DNA of 60,406 nucleotides, filler included, from Basidiobolus ranarum (Eukaryota): NCBI GenBank assembly GCA_040143965.1. It is 11 parts of 11 records of this genome, joined end to end, with 100 filler letters (N's around TTAATTAATTAA, not from the genome) between each part and the next. Parts side by side here need not be neighbours in the genome. Positions count along the whole stretch, not along the records: positions 11,045 to 16,455 come from JASJQH010001606.1; positions 16,556 to 21,963 come from JASJQH010001607.1; 9 more parts are not named here. One strand, 5' to 3'. Shown piece by piece: positions 11,187 to 22,063 of this stretch (position 1 is its first letter; each line of letters starts with the position of its first letter). The notes under the pieces were generated by a model. It saw only the letters and a program-made list of their open reading frames with translations, ran no database searches and was not told where the DNA came from. The position numbers and the translations under genes were made by a program.

Positions 11187-12016
11187 AAATATGCACGATA
11201 TACAAGCAACCAAAAAGCCATTGAAACAAAGTACAGAAAATTCAGGAAACTCAGAGAGAACTTAAAGACAGACCAAGTCATCACAGCTGAGTGTTCCCTA
11301 CCCCATTTTAAATCTTCAACTGCTAACAAAGATAAGTTTGCCAAGTATCTTCAAGAAAAAGCCAAAGTCACTCCGGTCATGAGAGCATATTACTCAAGGG
11401 AAGATCACCCTGCAGGAGAAGACCGGCGTACCAGTGGTTTGTTACCTTTTAGAAAAATGAAGCTCTCAAGTTTCATTAATCAACTACAATCAGACAAACG
11501 GCTTGCCAAGAATCTTCGAGAGAAGTTTGGGAATGATACTATATTAATACTTGGTGACTGGTCGATTGGAAATGAAAAGTATCATGAGCCCAATAGAGGC
11601 GTTGGAATGAGAAAAATGTTAGCCAAAGAAGGCTTCCAGTTATACCTCCTTGACGAGTTTAAAACTTCAAGTCTGTGCCCTACTTGCCAAAATGGTGAAC
11701 TGGAAAAGTTTCAAAAAGTTCAAAATTCTAGACCATACAAAAGAGAAAAGTATCCTATTGTATATTGTCACGGCCTTTTAAGGTAAATGCTTTTATATGC
11801 AAATAAAAAATTCAAACCTAATTTCTGTTCAGGTGCAAAAACCAACAGTGTTTAAAGGTCGTGGCCAATACTACTGAAGATTCTCCCCTTCGTCTTTGGA
11901 ATCGTGACCTGGCTGCTACTTTGAACTTTAGACATATCCTTTTTAACTTGCGCTCAACTGGAGAAAGACCAGAACGTTTTTGCAGATTGAAGAAAACTCT
12001 CCACCACCAGGTATAA
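11187..12016 (+). pseudogene. Fanzor1 (eukaryotic TnpB-like RNA-guided endonuclease), 5'-truncated; exons 11187-11782 and 11833-12016
   Basis: RYTSNQKAIETK.RKFRK; LPFRKMKLSSFIN...LILGDWS...HEP.RGVGMRK.L; RuvC-II LLDEFKTSSLCPTC. A 50-nt GT-AG intron (11783-11832, CTAAT branch site) joins CHGLLR|CKNQQC and leads to RuvC-III LWNRDLAATLNFRHI...GERPERF. The RuvC-I DPG motif and N-terminus are missing. Confidence 0.9.
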
Positions 12017-12344
12017 AAGAAAGGGTATCTCGTCAGCTGGCAGCAGTCGACCAACGAAAAAAGCAAATAATCCTGTGTTGTTATCACAACACTAAACATT
12101 TGATACAGAGTAGGTCTTTGAACCCTTTTTCTTTTGCCATGTGTCTTCACTTTTCTCCAATTCTTTGCGATCATCCCATTGATTTTATGAAATGTCTAAT
12201 TGATTTGTTTAATTCCTCTCATTTTAGATTAAAACACTGTAAAGGCCATATAATTAAAAATCAAGCAATAGTTGAGCAGCTATCTTTTCTAGGTGCTCTA
12301 CTTCTAACTGCGGCATATCTTCATCTCCAGTGAACTCGCTTTTA

Positions 12345-12480
12345 GATAATCCAGCGCTACGATGGACGGCCTCTGAGTATATTAGTCAAGATATTAATTT
12401 CAGATACTTGCATTGAAGCTAAAAGTGGCACCTACCCAAGGTAAAAAGTCGAAGAAATTCTGCGGCTAAACTAGTTGCAT
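12345..12480 (+). ncRNA. Candidate Fanzor omegaRNA (fRNA) scaffold / element right end
   Basis: Four consecutive hairpins downstream of the Fanzor: 12350-12366, 12372-12404, 12430-12442 and 12447-12467, followed by AAACTAGT. Assignment rests on position and structure only. Confidence 0.45.
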
Positions 12481-13384
12481 CGGGCTTAACTTTAATAAAA
12501 GTTTAGTTAGTCAATGGTGCTCGAACAGTACGTGATTTTCTTCAAACCCTAGCCATCACTAACTTTTTGTGTTACTTTCTTTCCAAACTGTTTTAAAGAT
12601 ATTATGAACAGTTTCCTTTATGGAATGGCGATAAATTCAAGAGTTTTGAAGGGGAAATGGATGGTAAATTTTATGATTTCGGAGATGGTATGTAGTTATT
12701 TCCAATACTTACTGGCTTGAAAGAAGGTTGCTCAGTGTTTTCTGTATCTTCCATCTTGCACAAGGATCCTTTAGTCTCTACAAGTAGTTGTCTTTATATT
12801 TGACGCATTTACCTATGTTTTGAATTTTTTAGTGATGTGATTCATACAAGGGTTTGATTAACCATAATTATTTCCTTTGATAATATTGATCATTTCGATC
12901 AATTATTTTATGGCAATATAAAAATTTACTTACCAATATTTTTGAAGAATCATCAAATAATAAATAAATTCATATGGATTAGCTAATTAGGAGAATAATA
13001 TATTTGCTGTTGACGAACTCTACATAGTCTTTGGCTCACGGTTATGTTACTTTCTATTGATATGAATTTTACATTACAGAATCAAAAGGTGTTTGTACGT
13101 TGAACAGGTGGTAAAGGTGTGGAGATCAGAAAGAAAATAATATACGGAATAAGAAAAGAAGGGATAACAACGCATCCTCACAATAAATTTGCCTAAATAC
13201 AACGAACGACAGAAAACCGTGATAAAAGAAAAAAATTGAAAACAAAACTGTTTCATGATATACAATGTGGAAGTATAGGTAAAGAACCCTACTAAATAAA
13301 AATAATTGCGCTTTCCTTCGTTATACTGCTCTAGATCAAAAATAATGTGCTAAAGAAATAAGATCCGAATTGTTGGATTACTGA

Positions 13385-14735
13385 TTAGTTGTCGTTAGGT
13401 TCCTCTAATTTCACATTTTGCGAAGGTGATCCAGGACTTCCGCCAGTAAGCTTGCTCTTGGCACGAATCTTGTTTCTTAGTGCTTCCATGACCTCTGCAT
13501 GAGAAAGAGAACGCCCTCGTTTGTGGTTGACGGGGTTAATGTCGCCCTCTCCTGCTTGATTGTTGAGGAGCCCGTTATCAGATCCATTATCAACTTGAGG
13601 CGAATCCCTCTGCTGTGATGGGGAGGGGAATTGCCGTGGTGTACGTGGTGGTTGGGAGTTAGCGCGGTTTACAGCAGCTAGAGAGCCACCAGCAGATGTT
13701 GATATACTCAGAGAAACAGCAGGGCTTGGAACTTGTACAAAGTTAGTGGCTAGCATCTGTTGTTGAGTATTTATTTGCTCTGGCAGCAGACTTGTAGTAT
13801 TTCCAGGTTGTGGTGTGATACCTAGGGGCGCGTATTCTGTCGGTGAAGGCTTCAAAGGGGACATAAGATTTGGTGAAGTTGAGTATCCAGGTACTACTCC
13901 TGTAGAATCAATTCCATTTCTAAAAATAAAAACCCAACAGTTAATTAAACAGGTATATACTAAAACGAAAGTTGAACATACTTAATCAGAAGAATCAATA
14001 CCTTAGTGATGTAAACATATTTGCTGTATATCCATATTTGCAAATAAAATTAGGTATATTACTTTTAAAAAATGATGTACGCCCAATACACATACCAGCC
14101 ATCGGTGCAGTAAAGCTTGCAGCCATTTGTCGCAGTTCCTTCAAAATTTCCAACTCGATTCTTTTTGATTCAAGATGTAGTTTTTCTGCTTTTCGTCGCT
14201 CTTCTTCACCTTTCCTCTATTTGAGAAATATTACAATAAAATTGAATACATTGAGCTTTACAAGTTAATAATAATAAAATAGTTATGAGCTTACTTTGTC
14301 TTCAGCAACTTTAGCTTCGAGAACACACCTTAACATGTCTGGCTTATCTGAATACTCTTGTAATATTTCTCTCAAAGAATAAATAGAAGCGTTGTGCGTA
14401 TCCACAGGGGGTGTCATGCTTTGTGCGATTGGCGGTTGAGATAACACTTGTTGAGGATTAGCTTTTTGTACATACTGCTGTTGCTGTAGCTCCTGAACCT
14501 GCTGTTGCTGGATTTGTTGTTGTAATTGATCTTGTTGAAGTTGTTGCTGATGTTGTTGCAACTGCTGCTGTTGGAGTTGGCGTAGTTGTTCCTGTTGTAT
14601 TTGTTGCTGCTGCAATTGTTGCTGTTGCAACTGTCGCTGGTGCATTTGCTGCTGAATTTGTTGGTCCGAATAATAAGCGTATTGAGTTGCCATCGCTGAA
14701 GTAGGTATCGTAGTAGGATAAGTATTGGGATCCAT
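13385..14735 (-). CDS. Multi-exon polyQ/low-complexity protein of unknown function
   Basis: Exon 1 (14735-14295) has a polyQ tract and LREILQEYSDKPDMLRCVLEAKVAEDK. It splices to exon 2 (from 14216) RKGEEERRKAEKLHLE, a coiled coil. The last exon has KRGRSLSHAEVMEALRNKIRAK. Confidence 0.75.
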
Positions 14736-16931
14736 TGAAGGAATTAGCAGACGAAAGAAGGGTCAATTAAGCTTGTTGAACAGAATAACAAGCTATCAGT
14801 TTTGTAAAAAGAGAACGGAATACCACAAATCTGAACGGATAAAAATAAATAGATGAAAATAAAATCGAGCAAAAACGGTAAGAGAGCTACCGTGTACTAT
14901 TTATACAGGAATCTAATTTTATCATGATAAAATTGAATGTTCTATTTAGGTATTCTTTTTTCCTTCTCATTTCCTGAACCTATAACTACAAAAAGTACTA
15001 CATGTTTGGACCGAACAATATCACATCATATGAAATATATATAAATCGAGCACTAATTTGCTCCCCATCTGTGCTTCATGTTTCTCGAGGCGTCAAGGAT
15101 CAGCCCTTAACCCAGCGGATAAAACGGTTGGCCATCGACTATAGCTCAACGTACTAGATATCTCAACCTCATGTGCTTGTTACTAAGTTAAGCATGGAGT
15201 AGATCTTTTTAGAGATTCTAACAAGGAGAATAACGTTTTCCCTCAAGCAGTAAGCTCATTAGCCTGGTGAAAAGAACGTCCACGCCTGACTATGCATGGT
15301 GGATTAAAATAGATGACTAATTCACGTGTCTATTGGCTGACGAAAATAGATTTCCAAAGTAAAAATAATCGATGACTCTACTAATGCATATTTCTGTGCC
15401 ATTTATTTATGATTTGAAGATTTGGCATTCATAATTTCTCGGCTGTTAATATCCCCTTAAGACAATTATATAATGAGTATCACCGGTGAATTTTAGTTAG
15501 TAAATCCCGAAATTTGGCCATTTTCGTGCATGATCTTTGCATTATTTGCCACCTATTAAAATTGAAAATTTACATGCTGTGTAATGCATTGTTGGAGTTA
15601 AACTGTGACTATAGCTGCCAAGGCGACAGTGTGATTTGCATCTCAATGAGCTACCATAGCTGTGAGCATTACGTTTTCTATCTTTCCCTATTTAGTATTT
15701 CTATACGCTTTGCTGCCATCGCTTACGATGTGTACTTCTATCCGGTAGCCCTTTTATTGAATCCGAATCAAAGGAATCATCTTGTGGTTTCCATTTTCTG
15801 AATGCAAGGAGAAAAAAATGGGTTTAAGTTACCCGTCACACTCCTTAGGTGTCACAAATATATCCGAATCTCCACATTTCCCAGGTAGTATCCAACAGCA
15901 TCATATATTTATGGCATATTTAAGTTAAAACATGAGCAATGACTGGTGGTTCATTTCTATCTTCAAGAGGTTACTACATATATGATCTCCATCTATTTTC
16001 GGTTCGGAGTTACCACTTGTGAGACATCATGGAGAGTTGGCCCCAAGCATGTTAGTTCCATTGGTTAGTCAGTTTCACAGGAAGTAGGCTTGATCAGGTC
16101 CTTTCATGATTCGGGGATTTCAGTCACAATGATACGTACTCTATTTTTCCTTTGGGTACTCGAGGCTCCTTCTGTCCCTTGTGGTAGTGATTAGTACGAT
16201 TATCCCAAATGAAGATCAACGAATGCAGCTAAGGGAACATAGATTTCTATGAATCCTCGAAACAAGTTAGTGTGATCGTTTGAAAGGATCAGAAGGTGGC
16301 GACTGATCAGAAATCAGAGATCAAATACAATCTGGAGATTCTTTATTGGTGATAAGGTCTGGGTTGATATACATTGCGATAATTGTAGTTGTTGTTGAAA
16401 CATTCACAAATCAATGTTTGAGGCGATAGCTGTGCCAGAAAAAGGGGGTTTCCAANNNNNNNNNNNNNNNNNNNNNNNNNNNNNNNNNNNNNNNNNNNNT
16501 TAATTAATTAANNNNNNNNNNNNNNNNNNNNNNNNNNNNNNNNNNNNNNNNNNNNAATGATTGGCTAAAATCTCAGAGAACTATGGATCAACACATGTGC
16601 AAAAAACGTAACTCAAATTTTACACTTACATGAAAAGGAAGTTTCTGCCTATCTAAGCAGTAACAGGTCTCCATGATCAAGCGATATCAAGCTCTGTTTG
16701 GAGAATTACTCCAAAACATTTGTATCACTTTATTGACTTTAGTACCCGTAGACTATTTTTCCAGAGCATCAAGCAGGGAAATCAGTGGCGTTAATATGGC
16801 TTTATATCAGTACAATGTTACCATCTCTTGTGAGAACTCATATGTATACAATATACTGGTTTGAATTTGTTAATCAAGCATTTGAAATCGCTTAAATATA
16901 CACAAAATCCTATCTGTAATCGCACCACAAA

Positions 16932-18500
16932 ATGGTTCACTATACTTCATGTCAGGTTCCTTCCAAAAGTCAAGTTCTAGTAACCGCTCAATGCGAAGTC
17001 CCATTTGGTACTATTACTTTGAATGAGGAATGGACAAAAGTAGTTGTATCGGTTGTATCCGTAGCCCAACCAATGCTTGTGACTATTGTTGGGCTTACAC
17101 TTTGGCGTCTTTGGTGGCTTAATAGGCGATGGTCCTTCAAAAGAAGGAGATACTATGGACCTGGTTGGGCAATTGCCACATCAATGACACATATGCCTGG
17201 ATTAATGACTCTGTTAGGCTCCCTATCCAAAATTCGAAAATTTGGAGTGAAACGGGTCACTTTCACCTTGACCTTAATGCTGCTGCTTGTTGGAGTAATA
17301 CTCCCACTTCTCAGCTTACTATGGTCTTCGTTCGTAATCAAGATTGGACAGGTGCCCTATAAGCTTGAGAATAATATCAACGTTAATCTTGATAATCCTC
17401 CCTTGCCTGAGGTAATTAAAAGTCGATCTTCATTACTGATGTCTATGGGGAAAATTGTCTACGGTGAAAAACCACTACTTTCTAACGATCTCTTGAAGGA
17501 CCATATGGTAGGAATGTCAACCGCTGAAATTACTCCGGTCAGAAGTACCTGGCGATGGTGGAGAGTCGAGATACTTCCACACGCCAACAGTTGCATGATA
17601 TCCGTTGCCACTACTCTGAGCTCACAACCGACTATCGTTTCATCAGTGAATTACGGAAATAGTTCCAGTGATATCATAGTGGAAGAAGTTTCGAGTAAAT
17701 GCAGTACTCTGAGAAATACACTCAATTTCTTCAAATCACCGGAGGTTATTAGTGACAGCTCACCAATACCTTTTGGTACTGTTGAAATGCTGAGAAGTGA
17801 TCAGAATCAAGATAGTTGGTGTCATGTTCAGTATTCTTGTCGGGTGAAGGTCCACATAACTCGGGGGGAGATTTTGACCAATTCTAATGGAGAGGTGACT
17901 TGGAATACTCTTTTAAATTCGAACGATCCAGACAATATTTACGACATGATGGTGTCAGTAGGTGGTGCTGCCAAAATTGGTGACTTTACTATGAGAGATT
18001 GGCTGGATGCTAAGTCAGACGTTCACTGGCAGCTTAAGGCGGTGAACTTAACTAAAGAGGCTGCGAATATAAAGTATGCTATGTATGTATCCCTAGGCAA
18101 GTACAAGTCAGCGCACGAAACACTTCAGCAAACCCTTCGTGAGTTCACTAGGGAAGCAACACTACGGCAACCACAGGTAGCTGTTTTGAAAATTAATGGC
18201 ACAATCAGTAAAATTCAGTTTAGCTGGATTGCCGCCCTAGTCTGGCTTATTGCTATGGCGATTTCAGCAGGAATTTGGATGATTTCCTCCAAAAAAGTGA
18301 AATCAGATCCGTTATTAAACAAGGTGCTTGATTCTTCGGAAGTGGTTAACAGAGTTGCTATGATCAGCGAAGAAACAAAGATAAGCCCTTTAAGTGACGA
18401 ACAAACGTATTATGGATGGCCCTTGTACTTGACAGGAGATAAAAACTCAACGACGGCTTCATGGCGTCCCAAATCTGCACATGTAAAACAAGATTTCTAA
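16932..18500 (+). CDS. Intronless 522-aa membrane protein of unknown function (2 N-terminal TMs, large luminal loop with Cys and N-glycan sites, C-terminal TM)
   Basis: Long clean ORF with a TATA-like TAAATATA at ~16894. Hydrophobic segments at about aa 37-63, 110-135 and 430-450. Confidence 0.8.
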   Translation: MVHYTSCQVPSKSQVLVTAQCEVPFGTITLNEEWTKVVVSVVSVAQPMLVTIVGLTLWRLWWLNRRWSFKRRRYYGPGWAIATSMTHMPGLMTLLGSLSKIRKFGVKRVTFTLTLMLLLVGVILPLLSLLWSSFVIKIGQVPYKLENNINVNLDNPPLPEVIKSRSSLLMSMGKIVYGEKPLLSNDLLKDHMVGMSTAEITPVRSTWRWWRVEILPHANSCMISVATTLSSQPTIVSSVNYGNSSSDIIVEEVSSKCSTLRNTLNFFKSPEVISDSSPIPFGTVEMLRSDQNQDSWCHVQYSCRVKVHITRGEILTNSNGEVTWNTLLNSNDPDNIYDMMVSVGGAAKIGDFTMRDWLDAKSDVHWQLKAVNLTKEAANIKYAMYVSLGKYKSAHETLQQTLREFTREATLRQPQVAVLKINGTISKIQFSWIAALVWLIAMAISAGIWMISSKKVKSDPLLNKVLDSSEVVNRVAMISEETKISPLSDEQTYYGWPLYLTGDKNSTTASWRPKSAHVKQDF

Positions 18501-20909
18501 CAGGCTGTGTAATCGCTAATTAGGGAAATGTAGCTGAAAGAATCCACGTACAAAATTCTATCAAGTATTTAAACAAACTATCCTTTGAGGAGATATTAAC
18601 AAAGTGACTATAATTCAATGATTCATTCCATTGCGTGTCCGCAAAATTTCGTGTGAAAGAATAAATTCTTTGGAATAGATGCCGGCCAGTAAGTGGTTAG
18701 ATTAGTACTCTTACCCCCACCAACACTTATACTTGATGGCCTACCTGTATTATATATTTGGGTGAGAGCTATGCTATGCTTGATAATTATACGGATTGAT
18801 GTTTGCGAGTATGCCAAGTTTTTGCTTAGTTATGCTGGTTATGTTTGTTCCATGGTGTATAATGTTGAAATATTGTAGGAGTTGAGCACTTATATATTGA
18901 CATATTATGTTTAACCTATTTAATATTTATATACTGAATTATGAAGTCAAAATCAGTACTTCAGACCAAGGAGAAAGTTATGCATGATACTTTCGTTTTC
19001 CTTAAATTTCCCAGATATATCCAACTTCCTTAGTATCCTGGTTACACATTTCTTCAATTATTGGTCTTTTTCTAATTAATTACAGAAACTACTCTAGGAC
19101 ATGTTAGTCTCGAAGTTTACTTTTAAAGAAGCTTAGCAATACTATAATATGATGCTCACTCCATAATCCTAAAAAAACCTTTTACAAATGTCCTATTGCT
19201 GCTTCATTTGATTGCACTTCTTTTGTATCTGGGAATTAAGAGAACTCATTAGTGAGCATATGAACAGTAAATGACAATATTTCAGCATTGATTAAATGTA
19301 AATTACAATGGTTTATTTTTACTTTGCTTATTGCTTGATATGAATTGAGTTAAAATGCAATACAGTATTGGGAAATTGTTTCTTGTGGATTGAAATTAAT
19401 ACCTTCACAATATATGACTGGAATGAATTGCTCTTTGAATGTTACTCCTAGATCCAAACCTGGATATTTCAAGTAATATCGAAGTTTGTTCCTTCAGTGC
19501 TTTCAATTAGCATCTTATCAAATCAGCACCTACATCTGAGCATGTGTAGAAGGCAGCCAGGCATACTACAAGATTAGTCAATATATTTCCCTCTCCTACT
19601 CCATATTTGACATGGCCAACCATTATGTTCGTGAAAAGTGTGATGTTAAATGCGTCATTTGACATTCTTATATTGATCCTTCAACGCTGGTGTAGATTAG
19701 GAGCTTTTTTATCACAATTTTGGCATATTTCAACATTCCAATGATACTTATCTTTGAGCCTGAATATATTGCCTTCTATTGACTAGTAAACGCTCTTGCA
19801 TTGTATTTGTAAAAGGCTGGAATCCTAAGAAATGTTCTTTGGCGCAGTCAGTAGGACCAATGTCTAGTGTTCTTCCTGCTGTATGTGTTGAAATTTTATT
19901 CATCCAGTCACAACCATTCTGCAGTCTCTATTGTTCAGTTCCTTTAGCGACAAGAGTAAAACTTTAATAGCAGTCTAATCCATGGTATTAAGCCAGGTTT
20001 GACCAAGATTTGCTTATGCTCATCCAGGAGCAACGACTCCCGTTGGATGGACAACTTCTCATTCAAGCATCTCTTGTTGACAATAATGTAGTTATGGACG
20101 AGTTTCAGCTCAGTTTCTTGATTACTGAGTACAGAACGATTAGGATCACGTCGTGTCACACCGAAAAGCACAGGTAGGAAGCAAACTGAGAAAGTAGAAG
20201 TGAGCTATATTGAATGAAAGCTACCAGAGAATTCAGCATCATATAACTAAATCCCGTAGTTTGTCGTTGATATTTGCAGTGGTAGTGGTGCAGTGGTAGT
20301 GGTGCAGTGGTAGTGGTAGTGGTCAATATCTTTGTTAAGAACAAGTTTGGTAGAGTCAGGATGTTGGTCAAATTTGTTACTCGCAATCCATGATCCCAAA
20401 ATCCGAAGTTTGCAAATACATCTGTGGGAAGTGTAACACATCATTATATCTAGAACAGCCATCTACTTGATGATATTCAGACACCCTAACTCTTGAACTT
20501 CACACTATACGATATATGCTTTACGATATAAAAGGCTGCCACTAACCTATCAAGCAGGTCCTAACCCTATGATAGCACCTTAATCAGTACTAGTAATTAA
20601 TAAATTACCATCGCCTGGGGTTAGTGATGTAATAAGTGATGCTCAGTGGCACTCTATCAAGCTTAATATAGACTACTTCAAGTTTAAAACTGGTGACCTT
20701 TGGAGTTACTCAAATCAACTGAAGCCGCATCTGATTTTGTTCACTAACATTATTCAAATGGTTTATTTTATCTGTAAACTTGTTATACAGATCACGTAAT
20801 GAAGATCGAATTTAGTACTCCAATGATTTATTTTTAGGCTTCATCAAAAAGATGAGTATTTGAATCAAGATAGATAGTGAAGTCGTTGAGTTAATTATAC
20901 CTAGTAAGA

Positions 20910-21962
20910 CTATTTATTCATATCCACCTTCGTCGCTCTATGGAGCAATCCTTTCATATTTGTTATTCTGCCGGCTGCTGGAGCCACAATTCCTTCATCT
21001 CGGCATAGGTCCTTTTGAATTTTATGGTTACAGTCACACACGTTGTGCCAGTGAAGACAGACTAAGTTCTTCTCCTCAGCTGCACGTGCTTTGATACCAG
21101 AATTAAACTGTGCTGGCAGTCCTTGGAGAGCCTTGATAGTTGTACTCGCGCTAAGATCGGCATTTACATGCTCTACTATACCAACCACGCTACCACCAAC
21201 CGTCAGGGCCAAGTGGTCAACCCCGGATAGCTTAGCGTACCTTACTCGCAACTGGCGGCCTTTTCCAGTAGTGCAGTCCTGCCGGCCTGGTATTATTGAT
21301 GATGCTATTACAGATGAAAGGCATTCACGCTCAATAGGTGTGCTGCATTTTCGCAAGAATAACCCCGCAATACAAGTGACTAGCAGTGCAGGTACCCATA
21401 CTATGTATAGCCACTTCAGGACCAGGATCTTCGGTTCTCCTGCAGGAATCGGCGGGAAATCCTCTGTGTTACGCAGCGACGTTCTCATCATGCGTGCGGC
21501 GCCCAACAGGTCGACACGAACAGGCACTGCATCGGCTAACAGTTTAGGAAGAAATTCTCCCTTCTCAGTGAAGGTCGGGCCAACGACAGAAACTATCTTA
21601 TCAGCATTCGCCGGCACACCCCATGAAGTTGCTTTCACATCTCCCTGTACGTAATACGACCCTTCAGACCAGCTAGTTGACGGAGAATCATTGGTTCCAA
21701 TTATCCTATACAGTTCGTACTGAGAATGAGCACAACCCATAGCAGTATCTGCACCGCCTGTACTCTGGCGTATAAAACCATACAAGGTGCACGAAGCTGA
21801 TCTTATGACAGACCCTCTGTTAACAGAAAATGTTGCTGCCGAGAACAGAGTCTGAATGTTATCCAGTGTAAATGTTGAGTTTATGGTGGACCATCGAGTG
21901 TCAACAAATGATCTTTCGACTCCAATTTCGTCTGCAAGTCTCTGATTATCGGATGGAAGGCC
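20910..21962 (-). CDS. Intronless membrane protein, C-terminal part (5' partial)
   Basis: The frame is open from the contig edge (GLPSDNQRLADEIG...). TM LVLKWLYIVWVPALLVTCIAGLFL, then LRVRYA...GVDHLAL and CLHWHNVCDCNH. GC is visibly higher than in the flanks. Confidence 0.75.
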   Translation of the reverse strand, partial: GLPSDNQRLADEIGVERSFVDTRWSTINSTFTLDNIQTLFSAATFSVNRGSVIRSASCTLYGFIRQSTGGADTAMGCAHSQYELYRIIGTNDSPSTSWSEGSYYVQGDVKATSWGVPANADKIVSVVGPTFTEKGEFLPKLLADAVPVRVDLLGAARMMRTSLRNTEDFPPIPAGEPKILVLKWLYIVWVPALLVTCIAGLFLRKCSTPIERECLSSVIASSIIPGRQDCTTGKGRQLRVRYAKLSGVDHLALTVGGSVVGIVEHVNADLSASTTIKALQGLPAQFNSGIKARAAEEKNLVCLHWHNVCDCNHKIQKDLCRDEGIVAPAAGRITNMKGLLHRATKVDMNK

Positions 21963-22063
21963 TNNNNNNNNNNNNNNNNNNNNNNNNNNNNNNNNNNNNN
22001 NNNNNNNTTAATTAATTAANNNNNNNNNNNNNNNNNNNNNNNNNNNNNNNNNNNNNNNNNNNN

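Noticed and set aside
11136-11786. Bacterial IS200/605 TnpB or Cas12 contaminant
   Set aside because: It has a spliceosomal intron, shares a contig with host Copia sequence and a spliced gene, and there is no CRISPR array or tnpA.
11818-12333. ORFs 11818-12174 (-) and 11980-12333 (+)
   Set aside because: Shadow frames over Fanzor exon 2 and its 3' region, with no recognisable motifs.
16000-16455. Possible Gypsy integrase remnant (FFIGDKVWV)
   Set aside because: One short motif in heavily degraded sequence is not enough to call.
21091-21654. 187-aa plus-strand ORF (similarly 33127-33726, 29444-30430, 35683-37059)
   Set aside because: Antisense shadows of real genes.
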